This document shows positions 18,438 through 28,338 of a stretch of DNA of 64,000 bases, piece after piece (the stretch's first letter is position 1; each line of letters opens with the position of its first letter). The translations under genes were made by a program, and so were the position numbers. This stretch comes from Candidatus Obscuribacteraceae bacterium (GTDB lineage Bacteria > Cyanobacteriota > Vampirovibrionia > Obscuribacterales > Obscuribacteraceae). The notes under the pieces are model-generated. The model was not told the DNA's origin. It worked only from the letters and a program-made list of their open reading frames with translations, and searched no databases. The stretch spans positions 192,001 through 256,000 of the forward strand of contig JBGAHS010000009.1 of the NCBI GenBank assembly GCA_044226015.1, given 5' to 3'.

Positions 18438-21401
18438 ATGCTCAAACCCAGTCTGGCAAAATCTCTAGTGCTGCTCTTCGTTCTTCTGGTCATGCTAGAG
18501 TCATTTTTTCTCGGGCTGATTTCGTTCGATGTATTGAACGTTGAAAATCAAGCTCAAAAAGAGATGAAGGCAATCAACGTTTCGCTGGGCATGTATCAAG
18601 CGATGCACGAATGGGTCGATGTTCAAAGAGCATTCGATGCCGCCGATGATGCTGTCGCGGAAAACAGCCCGAGAGCGGCTGAAAAATTAGCCTATGCAGA
18701 GAAGAAGGATCAGGAATTCAGAAAAGGACTCGTTGAGAAGGAAAAGCAGGTTTTCGATGTTGTTGGAGATCGAAGGCTCATGGTCCAGCTACAGGACTCA
18801 GCGTTTCATTTCTTGGAACAGAATCGCCTGAAAAATCATCCAACTGCTGATACAAATTTGCAAGACCTGGAAATGGACCATCTCAAAGCTGGAAAAGAAT
18901 GTGTCAAGTTGTTGGCACTTCAGATCATGCAAATAAGGAAGAAGGTGGCTAGTGCACCTCCACCGCATCCGCTTGGATTGACTCCCACCACTGTTGTTAA
19001 CATTGCGGTAGCAACGAACCTCATCTACATGCTCTTATTTGCGATATACATAAGAAGGGCAATCAGTTTGCCTTTGGGTAGGCTAGCAGACAGCTGCGAG
19101 AAACTTCGCCTTCACGAGAAACTAGAAAAAATGCCGGTTTCGAAAACAGAAATAGGAGCCCTTCAGCAGAGTTTTCAGGACATGTCTGAACAGGTTATGC
19201 AAAACGAAATGCAGCGGTCTAGCTATCTACAGATATTACAGTCGGTGCAGAGTGCTGCTCTGAGCAGGGTTAAGAGCTCTTTCGAGCAATTGATCGCTAT
19301 GTCGAATTGCTCGGACAAAGCCAAGCAAAGAATCACGCGAGCAAAGAACAATGTAGATTCACTGCTAACTTTGCTTCAATCAATGACTGAGCAGCTGGCT
19401 TCATCTAGGCAATCAGCACCAAAAATGCAGATAGGCACATGCAAGGTTAGCAGCCTCGTGCAGGAAGTTGCATCTAGTGTTGAGTCTCTCTTACAACAGC
19501 GAAAAATTCGGCTTGAGGTCACCCAGGTTGATTTCGATGTTAATGTTGATAGAGCTTTGATTTCACGCGTCTTATTGAATCTGGTTTCGAATGCAATTAA
19601 ATATTCTCCTGAAGGCGGTGTCGTTAGAATTTCGTTGAGCAATGAGAAGTCGGTATTCAGATTTGCTGTCAAGGATGATGGACCCGGCATATCTGAAGAA
19701 GGCCGTTCTAAATTGTTCAAGCGCTATCAGCAACTCGAGGCGTTGGATGGTGTCAAGCGAAGTGGCACTGGGCTGGGCCTGGTGATTGCAAAAGAGTTTG
19801 TCGAGTTGCATGGTGGCAAGATATCTTGCGATAGCACACCCGGGCAGGGAAGTCAGTTCTGCTTCGAGATTCCGCAAAACAAAGCTCGTTTACAAAAAAC
19901 GTCGGACGCTCAGTTGAGCCAGACGAAAACTGAGACTGGTGATTCCAAAAAAAGGAAAAATAATCATGCAAATAGCATTCTTTCACGCTTTGCTTTCACT
20001 TTGATCATCTTCTTATGCACTCAAATCTTCTTGTTCTTTCAATTGAATGTTTTGTTGAAGCAGTCGGCCGATAAAGCCACTGTTTATGTCTTGCGCAAGC
20101 AGGAGTGTTTGGAGACCGAAGAACTCTATGCAAAGTTTTGCTATTTTGGTCGAATTGTGGAAATTGCGGCTCGCACACAAGATTTGGGAAGCGCAAAAAC
20201 AAGTGTCAAGTTTTTGCAAGAGCATCTAAAGCAACTCGCTTCGTTTCACAAAATAATTCCCAAAGATGATCCGATCTTCAATATATTGAAGGTTGTTCGC
20301 TCGCGGGAATCATATCTCTTTAAGGGACTCTCTCACTTTCTTGATGATCCGCAATCTGTACTCAGTCATGTGAACGATTTCGCCAAAGAAGTCGCTGAGC
20401 TTGCTACGAAAATTGCCAATGACCTTATTCGGGTTATGGATTTCGCGGTGGATGAAGTGCGGCTTACGTTCGAGTCGACTCGCGACTTGCGCAACGATAT
20501 TCTCTTTATGTTGGGCATGTCTGCCGTCTTTGATCTTCTGATTATTTCAGCAGCCAGTTACATTGGCTTGAACATGGCTGGAAAAATTTTGATTCTAAAA
20601 TCAAAGGCGGAGACCTTTGCTGCAGGCAAGGAAATAGCACCTTCAATAAAAGGAAATGACGAACTTTCATTCCTTGATCAGCGCTTGTGTCTTGCTGCTC
20701 AAGACATTCTAGATGCTGCTGCGGAGAAGAAAGAACTGCTTGCGATCATCAATCACGATTTGCGCACTCCTCTAGCCTCAATTTTGGGAACCACTCAGAT
20801 GCTATCGCAGGGAGTTCTGGGTCCATTGCCAGCTCATGAGGCTCAAATTAGTCAAAAGACTGAAAGAGAATTGACTTATCTGCTTCAACAGATAAATGAC
20901 TTGCTTTTGATGGAAAAGATAGAGTCAGGTTCGTACTCTGTTGCCAGCGAAGAGCTCGACTTGCGTGAAGTGATAAACATGGTGAGCGCTGAGTTGAAAC
21001 CTTTTGGTGAGGAGAAGGGATTGCGTCTTCGTGTCGATACACAGCCAGATAAAATCAAGTTGGTATGTGACAGACAATTATTAACTCGGCTTCTCGGGAT
21101 TGTTCTGCAGAATGCGATAGCCGCATCGCAAAAGCAAGGACAAATCAGCGTTATTGTGCGCCTGAATACAGAGGCAGTTGATATCAACGTCGTAAATTCA
21201 GGTGCTACGATCGATCCGTCCTTGCGTTCTGTAATTTTTGAACGATTTCGATATGTCAACGGCAGCGCAATTACTGGCTTTGGTTTGCCACTGGCTTCGA
21301 GGATATGCAAGATTCAAAATGCCAGCATTGATTTGCAATCTGAGGGCGATAGAACTACAGCCCATATTTGCATAGGACTGACGAATTCGCCGGTAAAATA
21401 G
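18438..21401 (+). CDS. Membrane sensor histidine kinase with two tandem sensor-HAMP-DHp-HATPase modules
   Basis: Two TM pairs; HAMP-like segments EIGALQQSFQDM and NDELSFLDQRL; NLVSNAIKYS/DDGPGI/GTGLGL in module 1; NHDLRTPL in module 2. Start ATG 18438 chosen. Confidence 0.9.
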   Translation: MLKPSLAKSLVLLFVLLVMLESFFLGLISFDVLNVENQAQKEMKAINVSLGMYQAMHEWVDVQRAFDAADDAVAENSPRAAEKLAYAEKKDQEFRKGLVEKEKQVFDVVGDRRLMVQLQDSAFHFLEQNRLKNHPTADTNLQDLEMDHLKAGKECVKLLALQIMQIRKKVASAPPPHPLGLTPTTVVNIAVATNLIYMLLFAIYIRRAISLPLGRLADSCEKLRLHEKLEKMPVSKTEIGALQQSFQDMSEQVMQNEMQRSSYLQILQSVQSAALSRVKSSFEQLIAMSNCSDKAKQRITRAKNNVDSLLTLLQSMTEQLASSRQSAPKMQIGTCKVSSLVQEVASSVESLLQQRKIRLEVTQVDFDVNVDRALISRVLLNLVSNAIKYSPEGGVVRISLSNEKSVFRFAVKDDGPGISEEGRSKLFKRYQQLEALDGVKRSGTGLGLVIAKEFVELHGGKISCDSTPGQGSQFCFEIPQNKARLQKTSDAQLSQTKTETGDSKKRKNNHANSILSRFAFTLIIFLCTQIFLFFQLNVLLKQSADKATVYVLRKQECLETEELYAKFCYFGRIVEIAARTQDLGSAKTSVKFLQEHLKQLASFHKIIPKDDPIFNILKVVRSRESYLFKGLSHFLDDPQSVLSHVNDFAKEVAELATKIANDLIRVMDFAVDEVRLTFESTRDLRNDILFMLGMSAVFDLLIISAASYIGLNMAGKILILKSKAETFAAGKEIAPSIKGNDELSFLDQRLCLAAQDILDAAAEKKELLAIINHDLRTPLASILGTTQMLSQGVLGPLPAHEAQISQKTERELTYLLQQINDLLLMEKIESGSYSVASEELDLREVINMVSAELKPFGEEKGLRLRVDTQPDKIKLVCDRQLLTRLLGIVLQNAIAASQKQGQISVIVRLNTEAVDINVVNSGATIDPSLRSVIFERFRYVNGSAITGFGLPLASRICKIQNASIDLQSEGDRTTAHICIGLTNSPVK

Positions 21402-21493
21402 GTCAAAGAACAGTTTTGAAATTGTCTCTGACCTCAGTTCGGTGCTTTAAGGCAGCTGTAAGATCATGATATTCGGTCTTCAGCAGGTGAGTC

Positions 21494-24100
21494 ATGAGCG
21501 CAATAATTTCGTCGGAAGTTTCTACAAGAGTAAATAAGCCATGGTCGTTTCAGGAGGCTCTTAACGCATTTCTAGCCTCCCCTACCGATGTTTACCTCAA
21601 TTTCGTATTGATGCAATTGGCCAAACGAGATGGAAGAGAAAGAGAGGCGGCTGGCATTATCGAATCTCGCTTGAATGTAATTCGGCGAAGCCAGCCACGT
21701 CGAGGGGATCTAAGGCAAGTGAATCTGCTTTCACTGCTTTCTGGACGGGTGGGCGTTCAAGAGTGTCTACAAATTGAGGCGATGAGAGAACACTACGGAT
21801 TTGCTGACCCCTCGCCGCTGGCTCAGGGTGCTTTCGCTTCGAATGGAACCGCTGCAGACAGATTGTCTCCAAATCAGGATTTCTCGCCGCCCGCCTCAGA
21901 AAAGCGGATTCCCTTCGCTTCTTTGGCTGTTCCGGATCAAAAGAGCCATCCCTGGTCTGAAATGCTGGCTGCGTCGACGCCTGCACAAAATCCTTCAGCC
22001 TTGTCCAGGCTTATGCCTGCGGATTTCCTGTTTGCTGAATCAAGGTCTGCAAAACGTTTATTAGAAACGATGGAGACAATCTGTGAGTGGGGCGACACAA
22101 TCTCTCGCAGTTTGCAAAAGAAATCGAATGCAAACAAGACAGTCATGCGGGCTGCAAACAAGTTGGGGATAGATCGCTTTCTGGAGCGAATCGAGATTCT
22201 TGACTCTGTTGAATCCGCTGTTGCCAGCTCAGACCTTTTTCTCAGTGAGGGCACGGACATTTCAGTTTTGTTGCGGTTTAAAGCAGATGATTCCATGTCT
22301 GTTTATCTTGCGGATTTGTCTTCGAAGCGTCATGTTCGTGCTCATAGGTATCGTGAGCACTCCTACGATGAATTGATTCATGAAGGTTTTACAAGTTTTT
22401 CCGCCAAACTAGATGAGCAAACATTTTTGTGCAGTAATTCGCAAAAAGCAGCTCATAAGATTCTCGATGCTTGCATCTCGAAAGTGAGCCTCGGCAATTC
22501 CGATGAATTCAAATACATAAGAACTCTGATGCCAGAGTCAGAGTCTGCCGACGAAGTGCTTTTGTATTTTTCGGACCCCTTCATTCATCATATTGTGAGC
22601 CCTAAATTGCGTGTGACAGAACACAGACGAATCAGTTGCCTGGCAAATCTACGTCTTTTCGAATATTCCGTGCTTTTATTCAGAACGCAGTTTGGAAGAA
22701 ACCCCGTTTCGCTGGCAGAAATAGCTGAACGAGGCTGTTTACCTGCAGCTGCCAATCAGGGACGGCTCTGCTGCCCATGTTCTGGTACATATTCGCTAAT
22801 CGAAGAAAAGCAGGACGAACTAGCGTTTCCGAAATGCTCTTCGCATGGCAGTGCGAGCCACTTGATTCCCTGTATCGATTTTGACTATGGCGACGCCACA
22901 GAAGCTGAAGCTGCAGAATATACTCAATTCGTCAATGAATACAACCGCTATTGGCAAAATTATTTTGACCCTATCGGAGTACGATTTGCATACGACAGAG
23001 CAAAAAATGCAAAAACAGTTGAGACTATCATTTTGCCATTGATGCAAAACAGCATTTATTCGGGATTGGCTTCCGTAGTGAGAAACGCAAGTCCGGCGAA
23101 TTTAGAAGACCCTGTGACTCCGAACTCAAGCATCTTCTCTGCTGCATTCCGCTTCGATGCAGATGTGGTCAAAGAGGCGCTGCATGCCAACCAGCAAGCT
23201 TCCATGTATAAGAGCGTTCTCGATTCTCAAGTCGAAGCCTTGAATTATCGCAAGTTCCTCATTAATGGAGTTGATAAGCAAATAGGTTTTCACGTTATTG
23301 ATTCTGAGCCGCCTTTCACGCTCGATTTTTCCAAGGTGCTGGGCTTCGCTGTCGGTTCAATGTCTACCAATAACAATCGCGCCTTTGGTTCAAACCCACT
23401 TTTCCTGGCTGGAGCATTCATTCTCACAGCGATAAACTCACCTGTCTATCTGTCAATTCCTGTGCTCGATGAAGCCATAGTGGATAAGTTCTGTGCCGAC
23501 CTGTCTTCTCTTCTAGTTAAGGTCTGTCATCACAACCAGGTATTTGGAACCGACCCCTACTCATATAAGCTGGATGATGGAACTCAAGCTTACTGTGTCA
23601 CCATTTCGCTTTTGGCTGCCACCTTCCGCTTACATTGGGCGCGGGTTGGCTCTCGACTGGTCATCGCAAGTAAGCAATCTGTATTGACTCAGCTCTCTGA
23701 GGCTCTCCATGACAGTAGTAAGCGTGACTCAATAAACTATTTGTCTCCTCAGCTTTGCGCGCATGCTGGTGTTCGCTTGCGGCAGGAAAATTGGAATCGC
23801 ATCAAAGCTGATCTTGATGCTGCCGCTGCGGAAAACAATCGAGCAATATGCTTTAGCAATCAGGCTCCTCTGGGCAATCAGCTTCGTGCCGGTTTGTCTA
23901 TCAAGCAGATTGACAGGTATGTGTGTCCTTGTGGTGGCACTTACGAGTTGGACGGAAATATAGTTAAATGCTCAATTCACAATAACCCGTTGAAACCTGA
24001 ACAGGGCGTCAAGCATAGCAACGAGCGAGTAAGAGCTTTCAGTGCACAATTAGCTTTTCTCGAAGACGGTCTACACGCCAAGTTGATAATGGATTTGTAA
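21494..24100 (+). CDS. Large hypothetical protein with two CPCxGTY...CSxH motifs
   Basis: 868-aa ORF with AGGTGA RBS; no family recognised. Confidence 0.75.
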   Translation: MSAIISSEVSTRVNKPWSFQEALNAFLASPTDVYLNFVLMQLAKRDGREREAAGIIESRLNVIRRSQPRRGDLRQVNLLSLLSGRVGVQECLQIEAMREHYGFADPSPLAQGAFASNGTAADRLSPNQDFSPPASEKRIPFASLAVPDQKSHPWSEMLAASTPAQNPSALSRLMPADFLFAESRSAKRLLETMETICEWGDTISRSLQKKSNANKTVMRAANKLGIDRFLERIEILDSVESAVASSDLFLSEGTDISVLLRFKADDSMSVYLADLSSKRHVRAHRYREHSYDELIHEGFTSFSAKLDEQTFLCSNSQKAAHKILDACISKVSLGNSDEFKYIRTLMPESESADEVLLYFSDPFIHHIVSPKLRVTEHRRISCLANLRLFEYSVLLFRTQFGRNPVSLAEIAERGCLPAAANQGRLCCPCSGTYSLIEEKQDELAFPKCSSHGSASHLIPCIDFDYGDATEAEAAEYTQFVNEYNRYWQNYFDPIGVRFAYDRAKNAKTVETIILPLMQNSIYSGLASVVRNASPANLEDPVTPNSSIFSAAFRFDADVVKEALHANQQASMYKSVLDSQVEALNYRKFLINGVDKQIGFHVIDSEPPFTLDFSKVLGFAVGSMSTNNNRAFGSNPLFLAGAFILTAINSPVYLSIPVLDEAIVDKFCADLSSLLVKVCHHNQVFGTDPYSYKLDDGTQAYCVTISLLAATFRLHWARVGSRLVIASKQSVLTQLSEALHDSSKRDSINYLSPQLCAHAGVRLRQENWNRIKADLDAAAAENNRAICFSNQAPLGNQLRAGLSIKQIDRYVCPCGGTYELDGNIVKCSIHNNPLKPEQGVKHSNERVRAFSAQLAFLEDGLHAKLIMDL

Positions 24101-24103
24101 GTG

Positions 24104-25201
24104 TCAATCAATCTTGATGATGTTGCGATGGAAGCGAGTAACTATGTTGGGATCAGGAGTGATGCGAACTTTCGCATGCTCTTTCCCAGCGTAGGGAAGC
24201 GAGTTGAGTACATATCTGATGCTCTCCAATCGTGCAAGCTTTTTATTATTTGCTTTCACGATGATCCACGGGCTAAACGATGTGTGCGTTTTGCCAAACA
24301 TCTCCTCTTTGTAATGAGTGTAGTCGTTCCACAATTCTTGAGCTCGCTCATCGATAGGGCTGAGCTTCCATTGTTTAAGCGGATTTGTTCTACGTGTGGC
24401 AAAGCGCTTTTCCTGCTCTTCCTTGGAAATAGAAAACCAGAATTTGATTATGCTCAGTCCGTCCTCATACAGCATGTGCTCCCACTCGGGCACCTGTTGC
24501 ATGAATCTGAGATATTCGCTTTCCGTGCAAAACTTGTTCACCGGCTCAACGACAGCACGGTTGTACCAGCTGCGGTCGAAGAATACCATTTCCCCTTCAT
24601 TAGGAAGGTGTTTTGAATAACGTTGAAAATACCATTGCCCTTTTTCTTCTTCGCTGGGTTTAGGCAGGGCTACTACACGAAGTGAACGGGGGTTGAGGTG
24701 CTCGGTAAATCGGCGAATTGAACCACCTTTGCCCGCCGCATCTCTGCCTTCAAAAATTATCGCCACGCGTTTGCTGTTGTCTTTAATCCACCTCTGAAGT
24801 TTGACCAGTTCTATCTGCAGATATACGAGTTCTTTCTCGTATCGCAGAGTTGTCATCACGTCTTTCAAGCGGATGTTTTTCGCTTTCAATAACTCTAAAA
24901 GACCGCGGTTTGAGTTAATTAAAACCAAATCGTCATGACTGAGATTGAAATCGGCTTTTGCGATTGACTTCTTCTTTAGGTCTTTTTCCTCATCGGCAAA
25001 CTTGGCTTCAGCTTCGTGAAAACGGGCTTCGGCTTCGAGCAGAAGTGTTTTTGCTTCGTTAAGCTGAGCTTCAGATTCCTTCAGTTCACTCTCAGCCACA
25101 TCTACAGTGCCGCGGGCCTTGAGCTGCTCTTTGTGCGGTTCTTTGTTGTGCTGCTGTTGCTTATTTGAGTCACCATTTTTTGAGTTGGAATCGGCACCCA
25201 T
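24104..25201 (-). CDS. ppk2: Polyphosphate kinase 2 with N-terminal coiled coil
   Basis: FEGRDAAGKGG, QWYFQRY, FDRSWYNRA.VE.V, KQWKLSP.D, SPWIIVKANNKKLARL; GAGG RBS. Confidence 0.95.
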   Translation of the reverse strand: MGADSNSKNGDSNKQQQHNKEPHKEQLKARGTVDVAESELKESEAQLNEAKTLLLEAEARFHEAEAKFADEEKDLKKKSIAKADFNLSHDDLVLINSNRGLLELLKAKNIRLKDVMTTLRYEKELVYLQIELVKLQRWIKDNSKRVAIIFEGRDAAGKGGSIRRFTEHLNPRSLRVVALPKPSEEEKGQWYFQRYSKHLPNEGEMVFFDRSWYNRAVVEPVNKFCTESEYLRFMQQVPEWEHMLYEDGLSIIKFWFSISKEEQEKRFATRRTNPLKQWKLSPIDERAQELWNDYTHYKEEMFGKTHTSFSPWIIVKANNKKLARLESIRYVLNSLPYAGKEHAKVRITPDPNIVTRFHRNIIKID

Positions 25202-25229
25202 GTTTATTCCTCAAGACCATCCGAGACTA

Positions 25230-27302
25230 CTATACCCCCATAATTTGAGATTTATGAGTTGGAACCGATTTTAAGGCAGATTCATGGTTTACTCGCTTAA
25301 GGATTCGTTGAGGAATTGACCGCGTCTCTCTGCTTTCCGCCATTAAGTCAAGATATTTTTTATAGCTGAAACGTGCTTCTTTTGTCTTGCCCAACTTCCA
25401 GTAAGAGTCTCCAAGATTTAAGTAAGCTACGGCTCGCTCAGGTGAGATTCTTGTGACAAGTTGAAGCACTTGGCGCGACTCATCGAGGCAATCGTTTTGT
25501 TGCAGAAAATAACCATAATCGTTTAATGCTGTTATATAGTCTGCCACTGGAAGCCCCTGGTATTTCAATGCTTCAGCCCATTGCTCGAATCTGCTTAGAT
25601 TCTCTGTTGAAACGAATTGCCGTTGTGAGTTTATCGCTTGGGTCACAAAGTCGAATACCATTCCCAGTCTCTCCGCGGCTGCTGGAATATCACCGTCACC
25701 ATAGAGCAATAGAGCTTTGTGCTCGCCTTTTCGAATCGCTTCATTGAGCAAATTGTTGTTGATGTATGAAGAGGGAACTGATTGCACTGAACCTTCATCG
25801 AGCGCATCTGGGTCTCCATTTAGAACGGCAGTAAGTTGACTTTCGATTTGCTCTACATAGGCATCGACGGTGGTGCTTGCGATCTCTGTCATTTTCTTCT
25901 GAGCAATCAAATAAGTATCGTTGTGCCAGACGGGTCCATCTCCATCTCTCCACGAGACTTTCAATTGGTCTCTATCAACTGACATGTTGACTATTCCTGT
26001 TGGGCAGGCACCAAATACAGTGCTCCAAATGATTTCACCTTCATTGAATGCCTCTAATTTGAGTTCTCCGTGTTGATACCAACATTGGATATGGTCGTAG
26101 TATGTGCTCTCAAAATTTTTCACTCCATCGATTGGAATCAATTCCGTTCGCATCCAGTATTCTGGGTCGCTGCTGGCATCATCAGCTTCATTATGCTCGA
26201 CTGCTTTTTCCTGGGCGCTTAGCACCGTGCAACTTGCTCTCTTACTGTTGAGTATCGCTCTTATTCGAGCTGCTTCGGTGTCAAACTTTAGTTCAGCTAG
26301 CAGTGAGGCATAGGACTGCAGGAAATCGACAGAGAGCGAGGCAAGAGAAGATTTACGTGGTAAAAACGCCTCTTGTGCTTGATGTCTCAGCTTTGCTGCT
26401 TCGTCTTTTTCTCCGTGAGCTTCCTTTTCTTTTGCTAAAGCCGCGATATCCCTTGCGTAAGCAAAGCTACTTGTCCCCATGTGCTTTTCGTCTACTTTCA
26501 ATGCTCTATTGAGGTAAACTAGCTTCTGTTCGTACTCGCTTTCTTCTGCAGCAGCTTGTAAGAGAAGTGGTGCCAGGTCAGGATGCTCTGGCCCTTGCAG
26601 TTTTTCCTGAATGCTGATGGCTTGTAGAGATAAATTCAATTTCTCTTGAGGCTCTAATTCGCCAACAGTGGCATAACTTGAAAGCGCTTGCGCATAGTCG
26701 ACGCAATTTGTGTCAACACGTTCAAGTATGCGTATTGCTGCTCGGCTTGCAGAAATGGCAGCAGCAGTCTTCTGCTTTTCGTCGTAACAGGATGCAAGTT
26801 CTATTAGCACCCTGGCACAGTTTCTCTCTTGTTTGTTGGCTCGAAAGATTCGCAGGCTCTTACGAAAAAGGCTTATCGACTCATCATTGTCGGCCACAAC
26901 ATTTGCAAGGTAGATCATTGCTTCGGCTGTTTGGAGTGAGTTTTTGCCGTAGAGAGTAGAGCTCAGGTCCATAGCTTCTCTTGCCAGTTTGCTTGAGAGT
27001 TCGAGTTCTTCAAACTCAGCATCTATTCTTGAGGAGTTCAGTAGAGCCATATACAGCTCATGCTTGCGGGAACTAGCTCGTGCTTTGAGCAAAAGCAGGT
27101 CATAGTCTTGTCTGGCCTGTCTGTAATCGCCGCGTTGTTCAGCTTGTCTGCCTTTCTCAAGAAGCGAATCTGTTATTCTCTCGTTGTTGCTGTAGCTGCT
27201 CATGATCGAAACTGTGCTTGCTAGAGCCGCTACGACACAGGCAAGTGACCATGCCCTCCAGTTTACTTCGCGAATACTATGGAAAAATACTGACGATGAC
27301 AT
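25230..27302 (-). CDS. Membrane-anchored TPR-repeat protein
   Basis: N-terminal hydrophobic segment; kinesin-light-chain-like TPRs (QGPEHPDLA); C-terminal TPR AVAYLNLGDSYWKLG. Confidence 0.8.
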   Translation of the reverse strand: MSSSVFFHSIREVNWRAWSLACVVAALASTVSIMSSYSNNERITDSLLEKGRQAEQRGDYRQARQDYDLLLLKARASSRKHELYMALLNSSRIDAEFEELELSSKLAREAMDLSSTLYGKNSLQTAEAMIYLANVVADNDESISLFRKSLRIFRANKQERNCARVLIELASCYDEKQKTAAAISASRAAIRILERVDTNCVDYAQALSSYATVGELEPQEKLNLSLQAISIQEKLQGPEHPDLAPLLLQAAAEESEYEQKLVYLNRALKVDEKHMGTSSFAYARDIAALAKEKEAHGEKDEAAKLRHQAQEAFLPRKSSLASLSVDFLQSYASLLAELKFDTEAARIRAILNSKRASCTVLSAQEKAVEHNEADDASSDPEYWMRTELIPIDGVKNFESTYYDHIQCWYQHGELKLEAFNEGEIIWSTVFGACPTGIVNMSVDRDQLKVSWRDGDGPVWHNDTYLIAQKKMTEIASTTVDAYVEQIESQLTAVLNGDPDALDEGSVQSVPSSYINNNLLNEAIRKGEHKALLLYGDGDIPAAAERLGMVFDFVTQAINSQRQFVSTENLSRFEQWAEALKYQGLPVADYITALNDYGYFLQQNDCLDESRQVLQLVTRISPERAVAYLNLGDSYWKLGKTKEARFSYKKYLDLMAESRETRSIPQRILKRVNHESALKSVPTHKSQIMGV

Positions 27303-27461
27303 ATTATTGACCTCAATGCTTCACTTTCCAATTTAGTCAATGAAAGTGAAGGGAGCATATGCGCAGATTTAGCAAGCTGTAAAAATAGGTTAGTTATTTG
27401 TAAAACCGCTTATCAGTCATATCTGCGAGGAATGTAGTAATTGTGAGTTGGAGAGCATCGT

Positions 27462-28319
27462 ATGGCAGATTTGAAGAAACGATTAGCGACAAATGTGGAA
27501 GGTGCCTTCTTTGTAGATTCAACATGTATTGACTGTGATGCTTGTCGACAAGTAGCTCCGGGCACCTTTGTCGAAGATGGTGATTATTCCGCAGTTAAGA
27601 AACAGCCTTTATCTGCTGACGAAATTAGAAGTGCCTGGCATGCGCTTTTGACTTGTCCAGTAGGTTCGATAGGATGCACTGCCGAAAATAAAGCATTGGA
27701 AATGCAAGGAGACTTTCCCTTGTCTGTGGATGAGCATATTTACTTTTGTGGTTTTAACTCAAAAGATTCATATGGTGCCAATAGTTATTTCATTTCGCAT
27801 GAGAGCGGTAATTGGTTAGTCGAAGCACCACGGTTTGTGAAAACGCTTGCAAACAAGCTTGAAAAGATGGGTGGTTTGAAGTACATATTTCTGAGCCATC
27901 GAGATGATGTTGCAGATGCTGATGAATACGCTAAAGTCTTTTCAGCAAAGCGAATCATTCATGAGGAAGATCTGTCAGCGCAACCTGCTGCCGAGATTGT
28001 GCTGCAGGGTGATGATTTGAGTGTTTACGAAAAAGACTTTGTTGTGATTCCCACACCAGGACATTCAAAAGGACATTGTGTATTACTCTACAAGAACAAA
28101 TACCTGTTTACTGGCGATCATCTGTTTTGGAACAGAGATGAAAAAAGGCTAGATGCGCACGATCGTTATTGCTGGTACTCGTGGGATAAGCAAAGGGAAT
28201 CGATGAAGAGTTTGCTCGATTACGATTTCGAATGGGTTTTACCTGGACATGGGCAGAGTGTGCAACTCACTGTGCAAGAGATGAAAAAACAACTTGCAGA
28301 TCTAGTTGATCGAATGTAG
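27462..28319 (+). CDS. Ferredoxin-fused metallo-beta-lactamase-fold hydrolase
   Basis: CIDCDAC...CPVGSI Fe-S motif; SHRDDVAD, PTPGHSKGH, FTGDH, LPGHG. Confidence 0.88.
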   Translation: MADLKKRLATNVEGAFFVDSTCIDCDACRQVAPGTFVEDGDYSAVKKQPLSADEIRSAWHALLTCPVGSIGCTAENKALEMQGDFPLSVDEHIYFCGFNSKDSYGANSYFISHESGNWLVEAPRFVKTLANKLEKMGGLKYIFLSHRDDVADADEYAKVFSAKRIIHEEDLSAQPAAEIVLQGDDLSVYEKDFVVIPTPGHSKGHCVLLYKNKYLFTGDHLFWNRDEKRLDAHDRYCWYSWDKQRESMKSLLDYDFEWVLPGHGQSVQLTVQEMKKQLADLVDRM

Positions 28320-28338
28320 GTATTCGCCACTCGCTTAT

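Noticed and set aside
18294..18493. 200-nt head-to-head overlap of the mscS and kinase ORFs in the track
   Set aside because: Downstream ATGs (18304 with an RBS, and 18438) remove the overlap and give sensible N-termini.
24101..24616. 171-aa plus-strand ORF directly after the 868-aa gene
   Set aside because: Lies antisense within the conserved ppk2.
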